Under the pieces are notes generated by a model that saw only the letters and a program-made list of their open reading frames with translations, made no database searches and had not been told where the DNA came from. The translations under genes and the position numbers were made by a program. From Octopus vulgaris (taxonomy: Eukaryota), in the NCBI GenBank assembly GCA_951406725.2, contig OX597818.1, forward strand, positions 136,400,001-136,464,000: 64,000 bases of DNA, given 5' to 3'. This document shows, in pieces, positions 50,061 to 62,594 of the stretch; the stretch's first letter is position 1, and every line of letters starts with the position of its first letter.

Positions 50061-51158
50061 TGGTTTTTAGGATCTCAATTCTGTTGTGAGGCATTTCCTT
50101 GAGTCTCTGGGATAAAATACTCTCCTGTATTTTCTTCCAGTTCACCCAAATGTTGAAAGAGAGAAAGGGTAGTGTCTATGATCTTTCTAGGGTATTCAGG
50201 GCTGATGTTGCTGGAGTCAATTTTGAATATACACGATAGAGGTTGTGTTTAGCTGCAGAAAAATAAAAAAATACTTGGATTGGGAAGGAATTTCAGGAGT
50301 TAGAAGAAATGTTTTAGTGCAGGGACTGGAAGTTGAGACACAGAATGGGTGATTGTTCTGTGTTCTTCAAAACCACGTAGCCAAGGAGGAAAGACCAGCA
50401 CCCATAACCCCTCTTTCTTTTTTTTCTTTTTGTTTGGTAGTGTCTCCAAGACTAGTTAAATGAAGGTTTATCCTCAAACCAAAGACCTGGATAATTACAA
50501 CAGAGTGAACTCTACTAAATGCACTCAAATAGTGTTGTTAAACCACGCCACTGATTAAGTTTAACATCAAAGAACATAGAATGCAAATTACCTGTTTCAC
50601 CTGTTTTACCTAGACAATCAGATATTGTTATACCCTTCTGGTCACAATGAGCTTCCAGTTCTTTCTTGATTGTACTCTTCTTTTCCATCTTGGCTCAAAT
50701 TATTTTACTAAATCTTCTTTCTGCCACTGTGGAGGCCTTCCAAGTGGCTTTTGCTAATCTCACGGATACCACTCAGAGAATGCAAACAGCCAGAACAAAT
50801 AGCTCGATACATCTCATCTGAGACTCTGACACTTCCATCAATCCAATTCCCTGGTCTCATATGGCACTTTATTTTATTGACCCAGGAATGATCAAAGACA
50901 AAATGAACCTTCATGAAATTTGAACTCGGAGCACACAGAACAAGCAATACACAGCACCAGGTATTTCATCCTGTGCTCTAAACGTTCTGCCAAAGTCATT
51001 GATGAGAGGTGAGCTAATATTTTGTATAGATATACAGATATATACGTGTGTGGTATATAGAACTTTCTTTCAAATGTTTGCCAATTTTTTGATAGAATGG
51101 ACTGACCCAGCTAACAGACGTGTTTTGAATGCTGGAATAGATTTTTGTACAAATTGTT

Positions 51159-51212
51159 TTGTCTCACTGATGGAGTTGTTAATTCAACCGAGACATCTTG
51201 ATGTCTGAACAA
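51159..51212 (+). ncRNA. Decayed type-I hammerhead fold
   Basis: TTGT(C)TCA CTGATGG A GTTG-TTAATT-CAAC C GAGAC ATC-TT-GAT GTC TGAACAA. All three stems pair but the core is mutated. Confidence 0.6.
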
Positions 51213-51218
51213 CCAGTC

Positions 51219-51295
51219 ATATACATATATATATATGTGTATATATATATATGTATATATATATATGTATATATATATATGTATATATATATATG

Positions 51296-51326
<31 letters not shown>

Positions 51327-51389
51327 GTATACATTATATGTATATATATATATATATACATACACGCATATATATATATGTATATATAT

Positions 51390-51420
<31 letters not shown>

Positions 51421-51590
51421 CATACATTTTATATATATATGTATATGTATATATATATGTATATATATGTATACATACATTTTATATATATATGTATATG
51501 TATATATATATGTATATATACACACACACATACATTTTATATATATATATGTGTATGCATATATATATATATTTATTTGTATACTTTTAT
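51219..51590. repeat. Long (TA)n/(TATG) microsatellite
   Basis: Visible directly in the sequence. Confidence 0.95.
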
Positions 51591-51687
51591 GAAGGGTCAT
51601 ATACTTAAGTGTTGCTAAATATACAAGTTCTGATCAAGTTAGTACTTCAGTGGTGGTATAACACATGCTTATTATCCCGTGCGTGTG

Positions 51688-51726
<39 letters not shown>

Positions 51727-52119
51727 AACCATTAATCTTTATATCAATAATATGGCAGACGCATTAACATCTTTCTCACCACCACCACCACCACCATCAC
51801 TGTATTTAATGTCTTACCCACCTTCAGTAGAAATATCTTGTACAAAGCAACTAATACAAACATTAAATAGGCGTGGTGAGGGCTTCATCAACATCTGGGC
51901 TGAGTAAAATAAATAACTACCTTGTTATATGTTTGTCAATGTGTTCATATCAATATCAATATCTATGTATCTGTCTAACACTTATATACATGTATATATA
52001 ATCCCTAAGTAGCAATTCATACAGACTCAACTTTGAATATATCTTATTCCATTCTACCAAATGGGATCGAGTATTTTTCTTATTCAAATGCATTTCATCC
52101 ACTCATGAAACCACCACCC

Positions 52120-52160
<41 letters not shown>

Positions 52161-52817
52161 CTTTTATCTTTTACTTGCTCCAGTCATTTGACTGCGGCCA
52201 TGCTGGGACATTGCCTTAAAAGGTTTTAGTCAAAGAAATCAACCCCAGGAGTTATTCTTTTTTAAGCCTTGTACTTGTTCTATCAGTCTCTTTTGCCAAA
52301 CCTCTAAGTTATGGTGGCGTAAACACACCAACACCAGTTGTCAAAATGATGGTAGCAGAATATAACATACGTATGTTGTCCACACTGGCATGGGTTGGGT
52401 GGTTTGACCAGGGCTGGCAAGCTGCAAGGCTGCACCAGACTCCAGTCTGTTTTGGCAAGATTTCTATGGGTGGATGCCCTTCATAATGCCAACCACTCCA
52501 AGAATATAATGGTTGCTTTTATGTGCCAGCCACTCCAAGAATATAATGAGTGCTATTTGTGTGATACATACACACACACACACACATATAAATACATACA
52601 CAAACACACACACATATATACACACATATCTATGTATTTATGTATGAGTGTGTTTTATCTTTTAGTCAGGAAGGAAAGCAATGTACATGATAGTTTGCAG
52701 AACTTCTTACAATGATGAAAGAGGGCCAATTGTATCCTCTGATTAGAAACCTGGCCCAAATGTTTCAACAGAGTGGCCTCCTTTGAAGGAATCCAATATG
52801 CCACAATGTGACTTTAA

Positions 52818-53037
52818 CCCTTTAACATCCAAACCTGTCATATCTGGCCAACATATTCTCCTTGTTTTATGTTCAAACTATCCAAATCCATCCTCTCACA
52901 CCTTTCCAATAGTGTTATTCTAAAAATCAACAATCACATCATTGAAATCTTGAAGTTATGAAATAATACAGGATTAATTCAAAGCAATATGAATAAATAA
53001 ACATTTGATTTGACAAAGAAATCTGAATGCTAAAGGG
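52818..53037. mobile_element. piggyBac-like MITE copy
   Basis: TTAA|CCCTTTAAC ... GCTAAAGGG|TTGA, with the interior aligning to 24945-25165. Confidence 0.82.
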
Positions 53038-53107
53038 TTGAACTGGGTGACAAATTAAGTATAGTGTTCAAGGTAGACTTATCATGTAAATATGGGAGCA
53101 TGTGTAT

Positions 53108-53317
53108 ACTCTTTTACTCTTTTACTTGTTTCAGTCATTTGACTGTGGCCATGCTGGAGCACCGCCTTTAGTCGAGCAAATCGACCCCAGGACTTATTCT
53201 TTGTAAGCCCAGTACTTATTCTATCGGTCTCTTTTGCCGAACCGCTAAGTGACGGGGACGTAAACACACCAGCATCGGTTGTCAAGCAATGCTAGGGGGA
53301 CAAACACAGACACACAA

Positions 53318-53349
<32 letters not shown>

Positions 53350-53527
53350 TTATACATATATACGACAGGCTTCTTTCAGTTTCCGTCTACCAAATCCACT
53401 CACAAAGGCATTGGTCGGCCCGGGGCTATAGCAGAAGACACTTGCCCAAGATGCCACGTAGTGGGACTGAACCCGGAACCATGTGGTTGGTTAGCAAGCT
53501 ACTTACCACACAGCCACTCCTGCGCCT
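53108..53527 (-). mobile_element. Family A SINE, young full-length copy
   Basis: AGGCGCAGGAGTGGCTGTGTGG head through to the GTAAAAGAG tail. Confidence 0.92.
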
Positions 53528-54834
53528 TATGTATATGTATATTTGTTTGTATACATACATATATGTATTAGTGATTTGATACAGAAATGCTTTACTTCAA
53601 GTTACATGGATGCAAAAAACACCTGCTTACATAAAATAACACCTACGCAAATACATTTAGTTGCACACACACACACACATACTCACACATACACAGACAC
53701 ACACATACACACACGCATGCATATACTTGCAGCTCACAGACAAGATGACTCAAACATAGATTATAAGAACCAGAAATAACTATCAAAAATCTGCGATGTC
53801 ACATTCTATTATCTTTAAAGAAAAAAGAAAGGACACATTAGATGATGCAGTCTTGGATACACTATATCTGAAAGAAAACTCAGATGGGATGGTCATGGAT
53901 CGAGTCTGTGTGATCACAAGCCTACTTGAACAAGACTGATGTGAAGTTAAACAACACCAACACAAACACACAACAACAGGTTTACACACGTTCTGTTGGT
54001 GACCTTGTTCTGTGGTTGCTACTGATGAGAATTCTTCTAGCAGCAGAACACCTGCCCGGAAGCAAATAACAACCAATATTCATGATTATCAAGCAGACAA
54101 GCTTTACTGATTATATTCTTACTCAGTTAAAACCCACCTCTTTTGATTTTACTAAAATTCTTTTAACGGTTCATTGAGCAATCGGTGTAAATACTTCTCT
54201 CGGTTCTCCATAGATATGTCTGAATTATTCCCTCTTTCTACACTACACCGTTCGACTGAATGTTTGTCTTGCTGCGAAAATATGCTGCAATCCTCAAGTG
54301 TAATCGAATATACTTGCAGACATTGACTGAAGGTCAGCGTTTCTTTAGGCATGCATGACTTGACTGAAATAGATTTAGGAAAGCAGATTTCTTTAATGTA
54401 TCAGCAGATGAATGAAACAAGCAAGGAGATTTCAGAGATGAGGTTGTGCCCTGTATTAGACATCTGCAAGAAACATGGCAGAATAGACATACAAAGTGTG
54501 AGAGAAAAGAAACGGTCCCTTTAAGAAAGGATCCATTCCGCCAAAAATAGTGCAGACTGTTTCACTAGAAAATGAGTAATTGTAGAAAAGTAAGGAATTT
54601 TAAAGTAGGTAAAAATGACTTCATGTTTGATTATTGTAGTTATTACTTTACCTGTTATTGTAAAGTGGGTGTATAAAGTGTTGACGGAGTGTTTATACAG
54701 AGATAATTGCAGATTTTCTGTCATATTGTATCTATATTGTAGATCAAATTTGCATTGAGTGATGTGGTTCACCTCATTTCCTGTGTTATCCTATCATCTC
54801 TATTGCGTGTGTGAGTGTGTGTGTGTATATATAT

Positions 54835-55067
54835 ATTTCTTTACTGCCCACAAGGGGCTAAACATAGAGGGGACAAACAAGGAAAGATGAAGGGATTGAG
54901 TCGATTATATCACCCCCAGTGCGAAACTGGTACTTTATTTATCGACCCCGAAAGGATGAAAGGCAAAGTCGACCTCGGCGGTGTTTGAACTCAGAACGTA
55001 ACGACAGACGAAATACCGCTAAGCATTCCGCCCGGCGCGCTAACGTGTCTGCCAGCTCGCCGCCTTA
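54835..55067 (-). mobile_element. Family B SINE, full length
   Basis: AAGGCGGCGAGCTGGCAGA head through to the GGGCAGTAAAGAAATA tail. Confidence 0.9.
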
Positions 55068-55368
55068 AATATGTGTATATATATATATATACGTGGGTGT
55101 ATGTATGAGTGTGTACAACTGTACATGTGCCATGTGTGTATGTATGTATGTATGATTGTGTGTATATGAGTGAGCTTGTGCATGTGTGTATGTGTGTGTG
55201 TGTTACTAGGTATTTACATACACGTATGGATATGTACATGTCTGATCTGATAACTATTGACCTGCTTCTAATATATCCAAAGACCCATCTAATGGTCTAA
55301 AACTTCATTCAGTCAATAGCCATTCTATACTGTCTATATGCATGTGTGTGTGTGTGTGTGTGTGTATT

Positions 55369-55756
55369 CAGGGTGTTTGGGCAAAATATGACAATTTGCA
55401 TAAAAGGAAAAAAAAAACCCACAATATCTCATTCAAAAATAAAAGAATTTAAAAAATCAAAAAATATCAACTAGATTATAGCTGGGAGATAACAGTTTAC
55501 TCAAAGTAGCTGCCATCAGCTTCCATCACGAGCTCAAGATGGCTCTGGAACCTGGTGGATGTATTCTTCAATGTCCCTGGGAAGGCAAACACCTCCTTGA
55601 TCTTAGCCATCAGCTTCATCTTTGTATTGCTGGTAGAGTGATTATTGTCTTTCTCAACCATGCCCCGCACATTGTAATCCATGTGATTATAACCAGGGGA
55701 ATTAAGAGGCCTGAAAATGGAGCCAGAAAAGTCATACAAATTCTCTGACAACCACT
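55369..55756 (-). mobile_element. Decayed Tc1/mariner-superfamily (maT/DD37D-like) transposase C-terminus and terminal repeat
   Basis: RPLNSPGYNHMDYNVRG resembles WPP.SPDLNP.DY.VWG, followed by FQSHLELVMEADGSYFE*. The end reads CAGGGTG. Confidence 0.75.
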
Positions 55757-55988
55757 TACTCTTTACTCTCTTTTACTTGTTTCAGTCATTTGACTGTGGC
55801 CATGCTGGAGCACCACCTTTAGTCAGGCAAATCGACCCCAGGACTTATTCTTTGTAAGCCTAGTACTTATTCTATCGGTCTCTTTTGCCGAACCACAAAG
55901 TTATGGGGACGTAAACACACTAGCATCGGTTGTCAAGTGATGTTGTGTGGACAAACACAGACACACAAACGCATACACACACACTCAC

Positions 55989-56068
<80 letters not shown>

Positions 56069-56221
56069 TTAGAGATAAAACCACTATTAGGCAAATCAAA
56101 CAGTGAAAAACATAATAAAATAATAATATTAACTATAATAAACATAACATATACTATAAAATTGGATTTAATCCTAAATCTAATTTTTCCCTGTAAGTTT
56201 GGTTTATTCCTAATATTATTA

Positions 56222-56255
<34 letters not shown>

Positions 56256-56504
56256 AAAAAGGAGATGTCGAACACGAGTGGTGATATATAAAAAGGAAAT
56301 GAAGAAAATGCTGACAAATAATTGAAGTAATTTAAGTAATTTAATTAGGTGAAAGTTCTTTTTACCGGTTGCGCATTTGTTATGCTTATCAAAATATGGC
56401 ATATTTTGATAAGCATAATGGCTATTTGATAAGCATAACAAATGCGCAACCGGTAAAAAGAACTCACCTATAAATTACTTAAATTATATATATATATTTT
56501 CTTC

Positions 56505-56537
<33 letters not shown>

Positions 56538-56705
56538 TATGATCAGGCTTCTTTCAGTTTCCATCTACCAAATCCACTCACAAGGCTTTGGTCAGCCCGA
56601 GGCTATAGTAGAAGACACTTACACAAGGTGCCATGCAATGGGACTGAACCTGGAACCATGTGGTTGGTAAGCAAGCTACTTACCACACAGCTACTCCTAC
56701 GCCTA
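55757..56705 (-). mobile_element. Family A SINE whose internal (TA)n carries ~450 bp of inserted elements
   Basis: Tail half at 55757-55980 and head half at ~56540-56705. Confidence 0.87.
56328..56486. repeat. ~160-bp near-perfect palindrome
   Basis: AGTTCTTTTTACCGGTTGCGCATTTGTTATGCTTATCAAA pairs with TTTGATAAGCATAACAAATGCGCAACCGGTAAAAAGAACT, plus outer arms. Confidence 0.92.
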
Positions 56706-57001
56706 CTTCTGACTCTTTCTGAAAGTATGGCCAGAAGTTGAATCCTGCTGCCATACATATAGCCTTCCAGCAGCAGCAGCCCTCTACAGCCGGGGTTTGA
56801 CTACAGTCTCCAGTAGCTTCATATAGCTGTCTTAACTGAGCCTAAGGTACTGTTCAAAGAGGTGGAGATGAATTCTGGCATGAAGACACAGTCAGAACAC
56901 CTGCTGTGTCACTCCCTGAAGGCCATGGCTTTGTAGTCTCTGTTGCAGCTGTCCATGTCACATTGAATAGCCTTGTACAGATGCAGGGGCAGCAGCAACA
57001 A

Positions 57002-57655
57002 CAGCCATCCAAGAATTTGGACCTGGAGATCTCTATTTCCAGCGACTTTGAGGGCCACTTCCCAGTGGTGTTGGGCGTTAACGAAGAACCCTCGACTACA
57101 ACAAGATGACCAAAGTTTTTTTTTTTCTTTCCAAGGTCTGGGGTCTCCTGCCCCTAATCCCTAGACCATCACCTAATCACCCTTACCCATCTTATTGCTT
57201 AACAACATCAACAACAACAGCAACAACAGGAGCAGTAGCAGCAGCTGCAGTAGCAACAGCCACAGAGGCAGCAGTTACAGGAACAGCAGCAGCAGGTTCA
57301 GCTGGAGGAGAAGGTGGAGTAGTAGGAGCAGCAGCAGGAGGATTAGCTGTAGCAGGAGCAGCATGTGCAGCAGCAGCAGTAGCAACAGAAGCAACAATAG
57401 CAGGAGGAGCAATAGCAGCAGTATGTGCAGCAGCAGCCGTTCAAGAACTTGAACCTGGAGATCTCCCTTTCCAGTGACTTCGAGGGCCACCTCCCAGTGG
57501 TGTCGGGTGTCCATGAAGAGCCCTCGACTACAAGACAACCAAAGTTTTTTTTTTCCAAGGTCTGGGGTCTCCCGCCCCTAAGCCCTAGACCATCACCTAA
57601 TCACCCTTACCCGTCTTGTTGCTTAGCAACAACAGCAACAGCAACAACAACAGCC
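57002..57655. repeat. Two copies of a ~200-bp element (57002-57200, 57434-57625), each followed by CAA/CAG triplet repeats
   Basis: ACCTGGAGATCTC..GAGGGCCAC.TCCCAGTGGTGT..CCAAGGTCTGGGGTCTCC..CCTAGACCATCACCTAATCACCCTTACC occurs twice. Confidence 0.9.
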
Positions 57656-58225
57656 ACAGTCATTTTAACGTCCATTTTTCCGTACCTCCCCAGGTCAGAT
57701 GTAGTTTATTGAGGTAGACATTTAAACAGCTGGATGCCCTTCATGTCCCCAACCTACACCTGTTTCAAAGCCCAGTAATATATCCTTATGGTGAAACATA
57801 TTCTTACAGAATATTGAAAAATAAACGACACTGCTTGTATGACAGTGGCAATCATTTACAACTATCACACACTATCAAAAAAAGATAATGCAAGTGCATG
57901 ATCACACACACACACATGCACATACATGCACTTATGTACACACATTGGGCTTCTTTCAGTTTCTTTCTACCAAATCCATTCAAAGCTTTGGTCATTTCAG
58001 TGCTATAGTAGAAGACATTTGCCCAAAGTGTCATACAGTGGGATTGAACCTGAAACCATGTAACTGAGAAGCAAACTTCTTACCACTGATTAAGTACCAG
58101 TGAAACACTGGGGTTGATATAATCCACTGGCTCACTCCCACACAGTTTCAGGCCTTATGCCCATAGTAGAAAAGATTAATTGCTATAGCCAATCCTTCTT
58201 CCTCAGGACATCAATCTTCTGGAAT

Positions 58226-58492
58226 CTGTGATGGTGGCAATCTGGCAGAATCGTTAGCAAAGGCGGCGATCTGGCAGAATCGTTAGCACGCCGGGCGAAA
58301 TGCTTAGTGGCATTTCGTCTGCCGCTATGTTCTGAGTTCAAATTCCACCGAGGTCGACTTTGCCTTTCATCCTTTCGGGGTTGATTAAATAAGTACCAGT
58401 TACGCACAGGGGTCGATATAATCGACTTAATCCATTTGTCTGTCCTTGTTTGTCCCCTCTGTGTTTAGCCCCCTGTGGGCAATAAAGAAATA
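58226..58492 (+). mobile_element. Family B SINE with duplicated head and 13-bp TSD
   Basis: AATCTTCTGGAAT at 58213 and 58495. ATCTGGCAGAATCGTTAGCA occurs twice. Confidence 0.88.
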
Positions 58493-58653
58493 AGAATCTT
58501 CTGGAATTTCCTCCCTTCTTATGTGTTTCCTGCTGGTGTTGGCCTGCAATAGTTTTAAATAGAACATCAACAACATCAGTTTCAAAGGGTCTGCAAAAAG
58601 TTATGCGCTCTTCCCTTTTCCTTCAGACTCAGAAAATATAAAAAAATAAAAAA

Positions 58654-59072
58654 TAGGCGCAGGCGTGGCTGTGTGGTAAGTAGCGTGTTTACCAACCACA
58701 TGGTTCCGGGTTCAGTCCCACTGCGTGGCACCTTGGGCAAGTGTCTTCTACTATAGCCTTGGGCCGACCAAAGCCTTGTGAGTGGATTTGGTAGACGGAA
58801 ACTGAAAGAAGCCTGTCGTATATATGTATATATATATATATATATTATATATATATATATATATTATATATGTATGTGTGTGTGTATGTGTTTGTGTGTC
58901 TGTGTTTGTCTCCCTAGCATTGCTTGACAACCGATGCTGGTGTGTTTATGTCCCCGTCACTTAGCGGTTCGGCAAAAGAGACCGATAGAATAAGTACTGG
59001 GGCTTACAAAAAAGAATAAGTCCCGGGGGTCGATTTGCTCGACTAAAGGTGGTGCTCCAGCATGGCCGCAGT
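58654..59072 (+). mobile_element. Family A SINE, tail truncated
   Basis: AGGCGCAGGCGTGGCTGTGTGG...CAGCATGGCCGCAGTC. Confidence 0.9.
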
Positions 59073-60308
59073 CCGCAAAGAACGCCATGCTGTCTATTGC
59101 CTTACATCAGACGTACACGCATGTATACATAAACTCACTTCATCACATCATACGCATGCACAAACACATCATGTTGACTATTACCATATACACACACACA
59201 CACAGAAACTCATCACAATGGCTATTACAATACACACGTACATACACACACATGCAGGGTGTTGCCCGTAGCTTTCTATAATTACATTAGTGTTCAGTTT
59301 GTGTTATTTGAAAACAAGATATTCAAGATATTAAGAGGCTGTTCATTTTGTATTCTTCTTATTAATCTTCTCTGTCTTATTTCTCCCCCCCTTCCCCTCC
59401 TCCTCCTCCTCCTCCTCCTCCTCCTTCTGTTGATTGTTAATTAACTTAATTAAGAACAGTCTGTTATTTATCCTCCTGTTTCCCATTTTGTGATGAACAG
59501 AGAGGGAGAGTGGGGGTCGAAGAGGGAGAGTGGGGGTGTCAAAGAGAGAGAGAGAAAGAGGGAGAGAGGGGTTTGGAGAGAGAAAGAGAGGGGAGGTCGG
59601 AGAGAGAGAGAGAGTGAAGGGGTCAGAAAGAGAGAGAGAGAGAGAGAGATGGAGGTCAGAGAGAGAAAGAGAGAAGGGGAGAAAGAGAGAGGGAAAAGAG
59701 GAAAGAGAAAGTGGCAGGAAGAGAGAGAGAGAGAGAGAGATGATGATGATGAGGATGATAAGAAAGCCATTTAATTAGCTTTTGGGTCAAAAAAATCATT
59801 AAAAACATTTATTTTCAGCAATGCTTATCATGGATTCTTCACACTATCCCCACCCCCACCACATTATGGACCCAGAACTGATCCATGGCATAGATTCTCA
59901 ATCATCTGTTGAACATCTCACTTCCAAACTCCTATTACCCAAAACTGGATCCATTGTACACATCTTGTATCATCTCTTTGAGCGCCAAGTCTATTACCAT
60001 TCTATAATCAGAACCTCTCCTGTGCTGACTTCACACTGTACTATTACAAAAAACCCCAAAAGCTGAAAGAAGAAAAACCTCCTCAAAAAACTGATCTATG
60101 ATATATGTTTTGTGGTCCTCTGTTTAAATTACTAATGACCGATACACATGAAGCTTGCTTCAGTGAAGTTTTTAACCCTTTAATCTGTTGCATTCCTTGC
60201 GTGGCATGGTATGGAGGTTTGTGTGAATGGATAAGGATAAAATTAATTAAATCAAACAATTAATCTTTGAGAATGAAGCACATATGTATGTATACACACA
60301 CACAAACA

Positions 60309-60353
<45 letters not shown>

Positions 60354-60357
<4 letters not shown>

Positions 60358-60514
60358 TGTGTGGTAAGTAGCTTGCTAACCAACCACATGCTTCCGGGTT
60401 CAGTCCCACTGCGTGGCATCTTGGGCAAGTGTCTTCTACTATAGCCTCGGGCCGACCAATGCCTTGTGAGTGGATTTGGTAGACGGAAACTGAAAGAAGC
60501 CTGTCATATATATG

Positions 60515-60547
<33 letters not shown>

Positions 60548-60762
60548 ATATGTTTGTGTGTCTGTGTTTGTCCCCCTAGCATTGCTTGACAACCGATGCT
60601 GGTGTGTTTACGTCCCCGTCACTTAGCAGTTCGGCAAAAGAGACCGATAGAATAAGTACTGGGCTTACAAAGAATAAGTCCCGGGGTCGATTTGCTCGAC
60701 TAAAGGCGGTGCTCCAGCATGGCCGCAGTCAAATGACTGAAACAAGTAAAAGAGTAAAAGAG
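60354..60762 (+). mobile_element. Family A SINE embedded in microsatellite
   Basis: Full body and tail present. Confidence 0.9.
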
Positions 60763-61139
60763 ATATATGTGTGTGTGTGTGTGTAATATATATATATATA
60801 TACATACATACATACATACACGTATGTATGTATGTATGTATGTATGTATGTATGTATGTATGTATGTATGTATGTGTGTTTGTGCATGTTTGTAAGCATA
60901 CTGGAAACAAATAATTATCATTACTAAATGTTAAAACAACAAAATAAGATGATTAAAAGAAACAAATAAATGAATGAAAACCATAATTTATTGCTAAACA
61001 TTAGATTTAAAGATTTAATCAGTTTTAGTTCAATTTTCCATGTTTTCACAATTGAGATATTGATTTTTTTTTCTAAATGTATTAAAAATTTTTTTTTTTA
61101 AATTGGAATTTTAAAACTTTTAATGGCACCAATAACATT

Positions 61140-61990
61140 TTATAGGCATTGGTTGAAGAGAGTTGGTGAGAGGATATATCCTTGTTGAATGCCATTGGGG
61201 AAAATGAAAGTGCTGGGAATGTAATTTCTGTGTGTTCTATAGGCTTGGCTTCCTGATAGTTTACTAGCTAACACATTGTGTTGATGCTTAACCCTTTAAA
61301 TATTCAAATTACTCTGCCAAATGGGATGAGTATTTATTCACATTGTTTTGAATCAATCAGGCATTATTTTGTAGCTTGGAGATTTTTGATGATGTGATTG
61401 TTTATTTTTAGAATGATAGGCGCAGGAGTGGCTGTGTGGTAAGTAGCTTGCTTACCAACCACATGGTTCCGGGTTCAGTCCCACTGCATGGCACTTTGGG
61501 TAAGTGTCTTCTACTATAGCCTGGATTTGGTAGACGGAAACTAAAAGAAGCCTGTCATATATATGTATATATATATATGTGTGTGTGTTTGTTCTCCCAA
61601 CATTGCTTGACAACCGATGCTGGTGTGTTTATGTTTGTCCCCGTAACTTAGTGGTTCGGCAAAAGAGTCTGATAGAATAAGTACTAAGCTTACAAAGAAT
61701 AAGTCCTGGGGTTAATTTGCTCGACTAAAGGCGGTGCTCCAGCATAGCCGCAATCAAATGACTGAAACAAGTAAAAGAGTAAAGAGTATATTGCAGTGTA
61801 TGTATGAGAGGCCAGTCCTTGTCAAGTTTGATTATAAAACAAGTTGAATATTTGGGTTTGATATGGCCAGTTTCAATACTAAAGGGTGGTAGTGTTGAGT
61901 GTTTTGTCTAAAAGCAGCCAGCGGAAAATGGAGTTTAAAATCTCTACTGGTGTCAATGGTAGTTAGAATGGTGTATGTGTGTAGAAGTTT
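61140..61990 (-). pseudogene. Very old LINE reverse-transcriptase relic split by a MITE and a SINE
   Basis: Minus strand reads FIFPNGIQQGYILSPTLFNQCL (G..QG..LSP.LFN motif) at ~61143-61210 and TIDTSRDF (ID..KAF-like) at ~61935-61965. Confidence 0.6.
61292..61886. mobile_element. piggyBac-like MITE containing a family A SINE (61418-61788, + strand)
   Basis: TTAA|CCCTTTAAA ... CTAAAGGG. The MITE interior resumes after the SINE tail. Confidence 0.82.
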
Positions 61991-62119
61991 CTTTTATTGT
62001 TGTCAAAGCCTTCATGTAATTTTTTGTTTTTGTAAAGATTTTAACTATTCTCTGTTATCTGCTTATGCACAAAACACCACCTTAAGAAACAATATATATA
62101 TATGCATGTGTGTGTGTGT

Positions 62120-62545
62120 ATTCTTTTATTTATTTCAGTCATTTGACTGTGGCCATGCTGAAGCATCACCTTAAGGGGTTTTAGTTAAACTAATTGACTC
62201 CAAGACTTATTCTTTGTAAGCCTAGCATTTATTCTATCAGGCTCTTTCGCCAAACTGCTAAGTTACAGGGATGTAAATACACCAACATTGATTGTCAAAC
62301 GATGGTGGGGGTGGGGGACAAACACAAATATCTACATATATGTATATATATATATGTATATGTGTGTGTGTATATATATATATACATACACAACAGGTTT
62401 CTTTCAGTTTCCATCTACCAAATCCACTCACAAGGCTTTGGTCAGCCCAAGGTTATAGTAGAAGACACTTGCCAAAGGTGCCATACAGTGAAACTGAACC
62501 CGGAACTATGTGGTTGGGAAGCAAGCTTCTTACCACAACCGTGCA
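62120..62545 (-). mobile_element. Family A SINE
   Basis: Aligns to the other A copies. Confidence 0.85.
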
Positions 62546-62547
62546 TG

Positions 62548-62586
<39 letters not shown>

Positions 62587-62594
62587 CATGAAGG

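Noticed and set aside
54014-54045. CTGATGA inside a hairpin (GTTGCTA/TAGCAGC)
   Set aside because: There is no GAAA or stem III, so it is not a hammerhead.
57106-57538. Poly-Ala/Ser/Leu/Gln ORFs
   Set aside because: Triplet-repeat translations open in several frames, with no splice or domain support.
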